Shown here: piece by piece, positions 11,476 through 20,899 of the stretch
Layout: every line of letters starts with the position of its first letter
How positions within the stretch are numbered: position 1 is the first letter of the stretch
From: Carpediemonas membranifera BICM
Lineage: Eukaryota > Protista > Fornicata
Reading direction: 5' to 3'
Length of the DNA stretch: 64,000 bases
NCBI GenBank assembly: GCA_019828565.1
Contig: JAHDYR010000038.1
Span: 78,735-142,734, forward strand
Notes under the pieces: generated by a model
What the model was told of the DNA's origin: nothing
Databases searched by the model: none
The model's input: the letters and a program-made list of their open reading frames with translations, nothing else
Translations under genes and position numbers: made by a program

Positions 11476-11624
11476 TCTGGCCCACCTACTTCACCTACAG
11501 GACAGAGGACGCCTACGGTTCAATGTGATGGCGTTCAGGACGTTTTCCACAGAGTCCTCAGGTCGGACAGAGTGATTCACCTTAATCACGCGTCTGCTCG
11601 GACGGTGGCCGGCTGGGTGGCCAG

Positions 11625-11677
11625 TGTCCCAATCAATTGATTAAATCTCTTTCGCTAGCTGTTCTATCCATACCACA
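11625..11677 (+). repeat. 5' LTR (53 bp)
   Basis: TGTCCCAATCAATTGATTAAATCTCTTTCGCTAGCTGTTCTATCCATACCACA. Confidence 0.95.
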
Positions 11678-14600
11678 GTGATCACTGTCTTGGTTTTAGT
11701 CAGCAACAGCCGTTTAGACGAGTATCGTCTTCACGTTGCAAGCAAAAAGCAGCCGTCTAGCATCCTCTTTTTCCTCGGGAGCGAGAAACTAGCCGAAATC
11801 CGCGCGGCGTTCATCCCGACAACGAGATTCCCAACATTCGAGGATTTCCAATGCTTCTTTGAGACAGAGATCCGTCCTCCCATTCATAAGCCTTCCGAGC
11901 AGAATGAACCCGAGAAGAACGACGACGACAAATCGGCCGAGGAGCTCAGCGCTCTCCTGGCCAAGCTCAAGGATATAGACACCCAAGCGGCCTCGATCGC
12001 TTCAGACGAGCTGAAGCAGGCCTTCATCACCGCAGCCCTCAAGGCGGTCAGTCCGCCACCGACGGCCCCAGACACCTCGACCAACGCCTCAGAGCGCCTC
12101 TCGAGGGAGGAGCTCCGTGAGCGGGCGGACCTCTTGCTCACCTACACCGCGTACTTCGAGCTGACACCCGCCCAGCGGGCCAACCCAGCCGCTCGCGCGG
12201 CGGCGATCCTGGAAAGGACCACGCTCACAGGTGGAGACATCACCTCTATGCAGAAGATGTTCCTAGCTTTCGGCAAGCACTGTCGCCAGCTGAACCCCCA
12301 AGTTCCCGACAGAAGAAAACGGTTACACGCCCCTCACCGAGAAGAGGCTGATATCCACGCTTTTCCGCGTGCTGACCCGCGGTTTTGACGTCACCGAAGC
12401 CGCCCTCGCCTTCGAGGATTTCGCCGACGGCGCCACCACCATCGATGACGTCCAGCACCGCATCCTGGCTTTGCCAACTAACTCCGATGGCACGATCGTC
12501 ACGCCTTGGTCCTTCTGCCAGAGGACCTCCGGTCCCATGGCAGGCGCCAAGGTCCCCGCTACACCGGGCAACGGCCGCAAGACCTGCCGCGTCCACGGTC
12601 CCGGCGGCCACTCTACTGAAGAGTGCCGGCTGCTGAAGCGCCAGAGTCAGGCTAACAGAGCCACACCGGCGGGCCGCCAACCTCAAGATCCCCGCCAGGG
12701 CCAGGCCTCTCAACGCACACCACACCAAGCCTCAGCCGCCCAGCAGAACCAGTCACGCCAGCCGCAGGCAGTTGGTCCCCAACGACAGGCCTCTGGACAA
12801 CCACAGCAGCCCCAGCAACCATCGACGTCGAAGGGTCCTTGGCAGTTCAGGCAGAACCCCAAGCAGGCCACACCATTCACACCGACACCCCCCAACACGC
12901 CCCAACAAGGCAGCGTTCAGAACGTAGAGCATGCCGAGCACGCTTACTCGCCGGGCCGGCTTCTCCGGATTCCAGTGACGATAGGTGACACGCTTATCTC
13001 AGCGACGGTCGACCCTGGCTCCGTAGTGTCCACCATCTCGCTGGACCTCGCAAACGCACTCGCCCAGTTTGGCAGGAGGGGCCCCGACATGGTCCAGCTG
13101 ACGGGCCCTGACGACCAAGGTCTCCAGCAACACGGCACCTTCGAGACAACGCTGGTCGCGGACCGCTTGGGCGACCGCCGAACGATCATCGATTGGCCCC
13201 TGCACGTCATCAGCGGCAGGGCCGATAAGGTCCTCATCGGCTCGGATATATTGTGGTTCTTAGGCCTCATGTCCGACGAGGGCATCATGCTTCGCCTCCG
13301 CCCGCAAGTTCACGACGGCGAGGACGAAGGCCTCCCCGACGACCAGACCGATGACTTCCACGCAGTCAACAACATCGTCAGCGACGACGCGGGCCCACTT
13401 GGCACACGCATCGCAAGCGACTTCCCGCTCAAAGCCGAGATGGCTGATGTCATCCGCCGGCACGCACCGGTATTCGGCGAGCTGCACCCTGACGGCGCCC
13501 AGATCGCCGCCGCAACGATTGACATCGTGCCAGGCGCACCCCTACCCAACCATGCCCCTCGACCGCTCACGGCATCCACCGCCGAAAGAGTGCACGAGAT
13601 TATCGACGACATGGACAGACAGGGCATCGTACGCGATTCCTACAGCCACGTGGCATCCGCAGCCGTCATCGTAGTGAAGAAGTCAAGCGAGTTACGACTT
13701 TGCGCCGACTACCGCGAGCTTAACTCGGTAACTACACCAGACAGGTTCCCCCTCGCAGATATCCGCACCTTCACCAACGACTTCATCGGTGCCAAGTACT
13801 TCTTCGCTTGTGACCTCCGGTCAGGTTTTCATCAAATGCCAGTACGCGAAGACCACAAGTACCTCACCGCTATAACGCTGCCAGGCCGGTTCAAAGAGTA
13901 CAACTTTGCACCCTTTGGTCTTCGTAACCTACCGTCACAGTTCCAGCGGGCCATCCAGGCAATCCTTGCCCCTGTGCGCGCCGACGGTACGAAGAACTAC
14001 ATCGACGACATCTTTGGTCGAGCCAAGACACCTCAGGAGCTTCTAGACCACGTCGACCGCCTACTCTGTATCGCAGAGGAACGCAACGTCCGCCTCCGCG
14101 GCGACAAGTGTGTCTTCGGGGCGACGTCTATCGAGATCCTCGGCGATATCGTCGATGGCAAGGGCCGCCGCATGAGCCCTACTCGTGTCAGATCCATGCA
14201 GGACCTCGCCGCACCTCACTCGGTCAAGGACCTACGCATGATCATCGGTATGTTCACATACCTCAGTGACTATATCCCCGACTGCCAGACACGCCTCAAG
14301 CCGCTCCAGGCCTTGGTCAGCAAGGTCCCACCCTACACCTTCAACGACTGGGACGACACGCTTCAGGCTCTGTTTGATCAGCTCAAGCAGGCCGTGACAG
14401 ACGAAGAGGTCCTCGCCCATCCGGACCAGAGCAGGCCCTGGCGCCTCGAGACCGACGCCTCTCTCGAAGGCATCGGCGGTGTCTTACTGCAGCTTGACTC
14501 GGACAACACATGGCGCGTCGTGTCATTCTTCTCAAAGGTCTTCAACGACACACAGTCGCGTTGGTGCACGTACGACCAGGAGCTGTTCGCGATCATCTAC

Positions 14601-16113
14601 TGCCTCACTCGGCCTGACCTCTCGCCCATCTTTAGAGTCCACCAGGACCTGACGATCTGGACGGACCACCGCAACTTGGTCTACCTGCACTCCAAGGCTG
14701 GCCAGGAAAACCGTAAGCACCTCCGCTGGCTGCTTATGATCCAAGAGTTCGAGTTCGTCATCAGACACATCGCAGGCGCGCAGAACACACTGGCCGACGC
14801 ACTCAGTCGATACAACCCGCAGGCCACAGTCTCGCAGGTCAACAACGTCTCAGAGGCCGAGCTCGACGAAGACGCCAAGCGCAAGATCGTGCAAGAAGCT
14901 CACCGATACCACGAGGGCGAGCAGGCCACCATCAGGAACGTCCGCCAGCTTGGGCACGATTGGCCAGGCCTCCACTCCGACGTGCACGCAGTCGTGTCAA
15001 CCTGCGTGTACTGCGCTAAGGCACGCCTCTCCGCTTTCATTAAGACCACAACGCAGTCTTCTCTGCGCGACCGACCCTTCCAGACCATCGCTGTAGACAC
15101 CATGGGTCCTTTCCCTGTCGACTCCGAGGGTTTCAGATACATCGTGGTGGCAACCGACATGTTTACCCGCTTCACGGAGCTCATCCCCACAGCTTCCAAC
15201 AACGCGACGACGGTCGGGCTGGCACTTTGGTCCATCATCGGACGCTACGGTGTGCCTCGCGAGTTCCTTTTCGGACAACGGCCCCGAGTACCGCAATCGG
15301 ATGATAGAAGCTTTCATTGATCGCTTGCAGGTCACGTACCACCGGACAATCCCTTTCCACCCTCAGTCAAACGGCCTGGCCGAGAGACGCAACCAGGAAG
15401 TCAAGCGACACTTACGTGTGCTCTGTCTGATGTTTGACCGTTACGACGCCTGGGCCTCCGTGGTCCCATACGTCCAGTACATCCTGAACACTACGGTCCA
15501 CTCCGTCACCGGCGTCGAACCCATTGCTCTCTTGATGGGCAAGCATGCCTCCGCTCGCGACTTCACGATCGCACCCAAGGAGGAGGGTAGAGTTCATACT
15601 CCCCTGGACGACATAGCCTCCTACATCGACGCGCTCACCGAGCACCTCCAGATCCTCGCCGACCAGGCCCTCAACCGCCAGCAGGCAATGACAAGGACCG
15701 CAGAGCCGACGCCCCCGATCGATCCGGGCACTCTGGTCCTTCGTAAGAACGAGAGCCCCACGAAGCTACACGGCCACCGCGGCCCATTCCGCATCACAGC
15801 CGCCGACGGTTACGCAGCGGAGATCACGCCGCTCACTGGCGGCAAGAGCCGCCGGGTCCACCTGAGCCAGTTAATCCGCATCTGCCAAGGCCCCCTCAGC
15901 GACGCCGAACTGTTGCGCATCGCGGCTACCGACGACGAGGAGTATTACGTCGAGAAAGTCCTAGAGGTCGACGACGAGACTGGCGACCTCCTCATTAAGT
16001 GGCTCGGCTTCCCTGAGGCTAAGGCCACGTGGGAGGGTCCCAACTCTGACGCCGCCCGCACGTCCGTCGTGCGCCGTCACCTCGAGGAGAGGGGTAGTGT
16101 CCCAATCAATTGA
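11678..16113 (+). CDS. gag-pol: Gag (CX2HX4HX4C), protease, RT, RNase H, integrase, chromodomain; two frameshifts
   Basis: CRVHGPGGHSTEEC, VDPGS, YIDD, TDAS, HRYH..CVYC, AVDTMG, SDNG, AERRN and YYVEKVLEV..LLIKWLGF..TWEG. Shifts near 12360 and at a T-run near 15270. The start codon is uncertain. Confidence 0.9.
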
Positions 16114-16150
16114 TTAAATCTCTTTCGCTAGCTGTTCTATCCATACCACA
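16098..16150 (+). repeat. 3' LTR (53 bp)
   Basis: Identical to 11625-11677; the pol stop codon lies inside it. Confidence 0.95.
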
Positions 16151-16981
16151 GCCAGGTTCGAAGGCTCTCGCGATCTCAGCCTGTCGGATCGAGACCAGCT
16201 TGTAGCCTTCCTCAAGGACGAAGGCTCCTTCTGCGGGCCATCGAACGTGGCGAGGAAGGGCTACTGGATTGTTCAGCTACAGGAGTTCCTCAAAGACTGG
16301 CATCCGCCCGCCAACTCCAAGTACATCGTTAAGCAGGCGGCTAAGGGCGCCAGCACGGCGGGAACTTCCGGCGGCTCGCGCGCCATCACCAAGGCTGAGA
16401 TGATCGAGGCACTGGGGCGCCGGAGTGACGACTTTGAGTCATATCAGGCATGTCTCTTTGGGGCAGTCGCCTATCTGACGGTGTCCAGAGGCATCGAGAT
16501 ACTCTCCCTATGCCCGGCCGACCTGGAGCTACTCAAGAACGGCGACATTCTCCTACACATTCAGCGGACCAAGACCATCCTAACGGGAGTTAAGAAGCGC
16601 GTACCATACGTATGGCTATCAGCCGCCTTCAACCCGGCCTTGGCACTTAGACGCTGGGTCGAGGGCACACACTACCTGGCTGATGACACCCCCATCTGGC
16701 GAGTCATAGTCAACGGGCGCCTGAGCAGAGACAAACCGCTCACAGCCGCACACCTCCGACGAGTCGTGAAGGCGTTGTTCGGTCCACGGACGGGTCTCCA
16801 CAGCTTCCGTAAGGGGGCAGCGTCGGAGATGGCTCTCTCAGGAGTCCCGCTGGAGGTGATCCTCTCAATGGGCACATGGAAGGACGTCACCTCCCTCAGC
16901 AACTATGTCGCTGACGCCATCAGAACAAACGAGGACCTCACCAGGAGGATGAACCTCAGCCTTCTCGGGTCCCACTTTTAA
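16151..16981 (+). pseudogene. Tyrosine recombinase of DIRS copy 1, 3' part, disrupted by the gypsy insertion
   Basis: SRGIE (R), RTKT (K), LHSFRKG (HxxR), MGTW and NYV (Y). Confidence 0.85.
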
Positions 16982-17208
16982 CCACCCCCTCCATTAAACA
17001 TCCGCGTTCGAGGGGAACGGTCGAGGCGAGACGGACTCGCCGGCCCAAAGCTTTAGTCCCACAGGGACGTCTTGCGGGATTGTCCCATTTTGGTTGGATT
17101 TAAGAGGAGGGCTCTCTGTTATAGAGCTCCTGTCACAGGACCATCACTGGCACCTGCGCGCGCCGATCAATGTGCACTTTAGGTCACACTTCGAAACGCA
17201 TCGGCAGG

Positions 17209-17691
17209 ATGTCTGATAACGAAGACCTGCCGCCGCAAGACAGTCCCGATGAGCTTAACAAGCGTATCGAGAAGCTGGAGCGCTTGGTTAAGATACAATC
17301 GGAAGCAATTTTGGAGCAGCAAGCAGAAGCAGCTCGCCGTCCACTGTTCCTGGAGATGCCAAAGAGGTTCGGCCTCGAAGATGAGGCCAGATTCGTATAC
17401 AAGACCATGAATAGGATCGAGAACGGCGCAAAGATGAAGGAGATCGGGAACATTCTCTTTGCAAGAATCCAGTACCTTCTAATCAAGGACGTGTACACTG
17501 ACGCTACTGCAGAGCGGTTCGAGAACTATTGCAAGGCGAAGGGCGTGCCTGATCGCGACGAGGTCCTGGAACTGGCGGCCCGCGCCAAGTCTAAGGGCGA
17601 TAAGCGCGACGCTAATTTTCGCCGCGGTGGCCGCGCTCAGGACCGAGGTCGCACTCAGACAGGATCCTCCGGCAAGAGAGCCCACACCTAA
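17209..17691 (+). CDS. gag-like ORF of the DIRS element
   Basis: ATG immediately after repeat A1; coiled-coil N-terminus and basic RG-rich C-terminus. Confidence 0.75.
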   Translation: MSDNEDLPPQDSPDELNKRIEKLERLVKIQSEAILEQQAEAARRPLFLEMPKRFGLEDEARFVYKTMNRIENGAKMKEIGNILFARIQYLLIKDVYTDATAERFENYCKAKGVPDRDEVLELAARAKSKGDKRDANFRRGGRAQDRGRTQTGSSGKRAHT

Positions 17692-20377
17692 CCCTCTTTC
17701 CATGCATGAACGCGGCGTGGAGGGAGTGGCAGAGGTTGGGAGCATCACAACGGGTGATCAACTGGTTACGATACGGGGTCGAGATCCGTCTGAGAAGTCA
17801 ACCACCAGCACCAAGGCAACAGCCGACAGTCGACCCATTCATTGTCCAGCAGATTCCTTCCTTGATAGAGACAGGCGTCATAGAGCAAGTGAATCCCTCT
17901 TCCCTGCGACACACCGCCTCGCTGTTTACTGTGCCGAAGGGCGAGTCGAAGAGGATCATTCACAACCTCACGATACTGAACGACTGCTCGGCAGAGCGCT
18001 CATCCTTCCGGCTCTACGGTCTGCGCAGAGCTCTCTCCCTTCTCCAGAGGGGCGACTGGATGGTCAAGTTCGACCTCAAGTCCGGGTACCATCAAGTACC
18101 AGTACGGAAGGAGGACCGCAAGCTGCTAGGAGTCTATCTTCCAGACGGACGAGCGTTTCAGTACAGAGTGCTAGGCTTCGGCTGGCGCGCATCGCCGTTC
18201 GTGTTTCAGACGATCACCAACCAACTCGCCAAGATACTAGCCCTTCGGACGGGTCTTACCATCGTTGTCTACCTCGACGACTTCCTCTTATTTCACCGCG
18301 ACCGAGAAATCCTGAGGAGGGCGGTGCCGCGCATCAGGCGGACTCTAGCCGACCTCTGTGTCCTCACCTCAGAGGAGAAGTCAGAATGGGCACCGACTCA
18401 GTCATTGGTCTATCTGGGGCTCGTGATAGACTCCGCGAGTTTTACAATACGCCTCCCGGCGGACAAGGCCAAACGTTACTCCTCTCACATTCATCAGGCT
18501 CTGGCAGGCAAGACCATCGATCAGGAGACTTGGGCCAAGATCCTCGGGAGACTGACTTACTTCGCTACAACCGCCCACGGGGCTTTCCTCCGGCTGAGAC
18601 ACCTTCAACAGGACCCACTCTCCAAGGAGCTACTGCAAGAGTGGCTGCTACTGCTAAGAGAGCGCCCAGTCCGAGACATCAGAGAACTTCAGTCGCTTTG
18701 GGGCGCTCACCCCTCCTTAGACCTCGTCGTATCGACAGACGCATCTGGAGTCAAGTGGGGAGCAGCCGTGCACGGCGAGTATGGGACCTCAGCCTCGGGC
18801 ACGTTCACTCCAGAACTAAGAGCAGAATCTATCAACGTGAAGGAGCTCGCGGGAATCCTACAGGGCATCCGTCTGATCGGCAGACAGAGTTCCCAACGCG
18901 AGCTATCGATCTTCTCAGACAACACATCAGCTCTGGCCTGGCTCAACAAGGCGGGGTCTACGAAGGCTCCACCTCAGGCCCTGCACATTCTAGCCCAGAT
19001 CCAGAAGGAGGCGGAGGACCGGAACCTGACACTCCGTGGACTACACACTCCGGGCATCATCAACCTGGCAGCAGATCGGCTGTCCAGAGGCTTCTCACGA
19101 CTCCCTTCCTCTCTGGAGTCCAGCATGGAATCTGTCCTCGCGGAGTGGGGTCCAGTCCAGACAGTCTCAACGGACGTAGACGTAAGGCTTGGATGTCGCG
19201 TCCTCTGGGCCCCCAATTCGTCTATGGCAGCCATAGTCCAGAAGATAGCGACAGCGAGAGTTCAGACTCAGACTGGACACCCGAGGTCTTGGACCTCAGC
19301 AGTCTTTCTCCTCTACCCAGAGGTTCAAGCGCCGGAGATGAGACTCCTCAAGAGTTGGACGTCCTGGAAACTCCGTCTCTCCGTCCCGGCTTCGAGCTCA
19401 GATCTGGCCCACCTACTTCACCTACAGGACAGAGGACGCCTACGGTTCAATGTGATGGCGTTCAGGACGTTTTCCACAGAGTCCTCAGGTCGGACAGAGT
19501 GATTCACCTTAATCACGCGTCTGCTCGGACGGTGGCCGGCTGGGTGGCCAGGTTCGAAGGCTCTCGCGATCGCAGCCTGTCGGATCGAGACCAGCTTGTA
19601 GCCTTCCTCAAGGACGAAGGCTCCTTCTGCGGGCCATCGAACGTGGCGAGGAAGGGCTACTGGATTGTTCAGCTACAGGAGTTCCTCAAAGACTGGCATC
19701 CGCCCGCCAACTCCAAGTACATCGTTAAGCAGGCGGCTAAGGGCGCCAGCACGGCGGGAACTTCCGGCGGCTCGCGCGCCATCACCAAGGCTGAGATGAT
19801 CGAGGCACTGGGGCGCCGGAGTGACGACTTTGAGTCATATCAGGCATGTCTCTTTGGGGCAGTCGCCTATCTGACGGTGTCCAGAGGCATCGAGATACTC
19901 TCCCTATGCCCGGCCGACCTGGAGCTACTCAAGAACGGCGACATTCTCCTACACATTCAGCGGACCAAGACCATCCTAACGGGAGTTAAGAAGCGCGTAC
20001 CATACGTATGGCTATCAGCCGCCTTCAACCCGGCCTTGGCACTTAGACGCTGGGTCGAGGGCACACACTACCTGGCTGATGACACCCCCATCTGGCGAGT
20101 CATAGTCAACGGGCGCCTGAGCAGAGACAAACCGCTCACAGCCGCACACCTCCGACGAGTCGTGAAGGCGTTGTTCGGTCCACGGACGGGTCTCCACAGC
20201 TTCCGTAAGGGGGCAGCGTCGGAGATGGCTCTCTCAGGAGTCCCGCTGGAGGTGATCCTCTCAATGGGCACATGGAAGGACGTCACCTCCCTCCGCAGCT
20301 ATGTCGCTGACGCCATCAGAACAAACGAGGACCTCACCAGGAGGATGAACCTCAGCCTTCTCGGGCCCCACTTTTAA
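17627..20377 (+). CDS. DIRS tyrosine recombinase; the open frame overlaps the RT ORF and the YR domain occupies roughly the last 300 aa
   Basis: R-K-HxxR-W-Y signature: SRGIE, RTKT, LHSFRKG, MGTWK and SYV. The true start is unknown. Confidence 0.88.
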   Translation: MAALRTEVALRQDPPAREPTPNPLSMHERGVEGVAEVGSITTGDQLVTIRGRDPSEKSTTSTKATADSRPIHCPADSFLDRDRRHRASESLFPATHRLAVYCAEGRVEEDHSQPHDTERLLGRALILPALRSAQSSLPSPEGRLDGQVRPQVRVPSSTSTEGGPQAARSLSSRRTSVSVQSARLRLARIAVRVSDDHQPTRQDTSPSDGSYHRCLPRRLPLISPRPRNPEEGGAAHQADSSRPLCPHLRGEVRMGTDSVIGLSGARDRLREFYNTPPGGQGQTLLLSHSSGSGRQDHRSGDLGQDPRETDLLRYNRPRGFPPAETPSTGPTLQGATARVAATAKRAPSPRHQRTSVALGRSPLLRPRRIDRRIWSQVGSSRARRVWDLSLGHVHSRTKSRIYQREGARGNPTGHPSDRQTEFPTRAIDLLRQHISSGLAQQGGVYEGSTSGPAHSSPDPEGGGGPEPDTPWTTHSGHHQPGSRSAVQRLLTTPFLSGVQHGICPRGVGSSPDSLNGRRRKAWMSRPLGPQFVYGSHSPEDSDSESSDSDWTPEVLDLSSLSPLPRGSSAGDETPQELDVLETPSLRPGFELRSGPPTSPTGQRTPTVQCDGVQDVFHRVLRSDRVIHLNHASARTVAGWVARFEGSRDRSLSDRDQLVAFLKDEGSFCGPSNVARKGYWIVQLQEFLKDWHPPANSKYIVKQAAKGASTAGTSGGSRAITKAEMIEALGRRSDDFESYQACLFGAVAYLTVSRGIEILSLCPADLELLKNGDILLHIQRTKTILTGVKKRVPYVWLSAAFNPALALRRWVEGTHYLADDTPIWRVIVNGRLSRDKPLTAAHLRRVVKALFGPRTGLHSFRKGAASEMALSGVPLEVILSMGTWKDVTSLRSYVADAIRTNEDLTRRMNLSLLGPHF
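17706..19502 (+). CDS. DIRS reverse transcriptase / RNase H
   Basis: LFTVPK, KFDLKSGYHQ, LGFG..SP, VYLDD, YLG, STDAS, INVKEL, SDN and NLAADRLSR. Confidence 0.95.
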   Translation: MNAAWREWQRLGASQRVINWLRYGVEIRLRSQPPAPRQQPTVDPFIVQQIPSLIETGVIEQVNPSSLRHTASLFTVPKGESKRIIHNLTILNDCSAERSSFRLYGLRRALSLLQRGDWMVKFDLKSGYHQVPVRKEDRKLLGVYLPDGRAFQYRVLGFGWRASPFVFQTITNQLAKILALRTGLTIVVYLDDFLLFHRDREILRRAVPRIRRTLADLCVLTSEEKSEWAPTQSLVYLGLVIDSASFTIRLPADKAKRYSSHIHQALAGKTIDQETWAKILGRLTYFATTAHGAFLRLRHLQQDPLSKELLQEWLLLLRERPVRDIRELQSLWGAHPSLDLVVSTDASGVKWGAAVHGEYGTSASGTFTPELRAESINVKELAGILQGIRLIGRQSSQRELSIFSDNTSALAWLNKAGSTKAPPQALHILAQIQKEAEDRNLTLRGLHTPGIINLAADRLSRGFSRLPSSLESSMESVLAEWGPVQTVSTDVDVRLGCRVLWAPNSSMAAIVQKIATARVQTQTGHPRSWTSAVFLLYPEVQAPEMRLLKSWTSWKLRLSVPASSSDLAHLLHLQDRGRLRFNVMAFRTFSTESSGRTE

Positions 20378-20817
20378 CCACCCCCTCCATTAAACATCCG
20401 CGTTCGAGGGGAACGGCCGAGGCGAGACGGACTCGCCGGCCCAAAGCTTTAGTCCCACAGGGACGTCTTGCGGGATTGTCCCATTTTGGTTGGATTTAAG
20501 AGGAGGGCTCTCTGTTATAGAGCCACACTTTGTGGATCCTGTCACAGGACCATCACTGGCACCTGCGCGCGCCGATCAATGTGCACTTTAGGTCACACTT
20601 CGAAACGCATCGGCAGGTGTCGGAGCCGTTCCGGACCTGACCGGATCGCGAGACGAGGATTTACCCAGGTCTGTCATAAGAGCTCGGGGAAGCCACCCGA
20701 AGTAAATACTCGCCCCCCCCCCATTTTGGTTGGATTTAAGAGGAGGGCTCTCTGTTATAGAGCCACACTTTGTGGAAAGAATGTCAGATCATCTATAACT
20801 AAAAGTGCTGTAAAATG

Positions 20818-20890
20818 TGGACGAGCTGGGATTTGAACCCAGGGCCTCGTGCATGCTAAGCACGCGCTCTACCAACTGAGCTACACGCCC
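20818..20890 (-). tRNA. tRNA-Ala (AGC)
   Basis: gggcgtgtagctcagttggtagagcgcgtgcttAGCatgcacgaggccctgggttcaaatcccagctcgtcca; cloverleaf, A/B boxes and a downstream TTTT. Confidence 0.97.
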
Positions 20891-20899
20891 TTTAATCAT

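Larger units (their letters stand above)
11625..16150 (+). mobile_element. Ty3/gypsy chromovirus-like LTR retrotransposon, full length, 5-bp TSD GCCAG
   Basis: Identical 53-bp TG..CA LTRs. TSD gccag at 11620-11624 and 16151-16155; the uninterrupted target is visible at ~19547. PPT gaggagaggggtag precedes the 3' LTR. Confidence 0.95.
11476..17127 (+). mobile_element. DIRS-order (PAT/Ngaro-like) retrotransposon copy 1, 5'-truncated and interrupted by a gypsy element
   Basis: 11476-11624 and 16151-17127 match 19403-20523 with a few substitutions. Confidence 0.9.
17128..20776 (+). mobile_element. DIRS-order (PAT/Ngaro-like) tyrosine-recombinase retrotransposon copy 2, complete, split direct repeats A1-ORFs-B1-A2-B2
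   Basis: A1 17128-17208 = A2 20537-20617 (81 bp); B1 20480-20536 = B2 20720-20776 (57 bp). The gag, RT/RH and YR ORFs are intact. Confidence 0.93.

Noticed and set aside
16151-17127. DIRS copy 1 as an assembly duplication of copy 2
   Set aside because: It has several substitutions, its own gypsy insertion with TSD and a different B/A junction.
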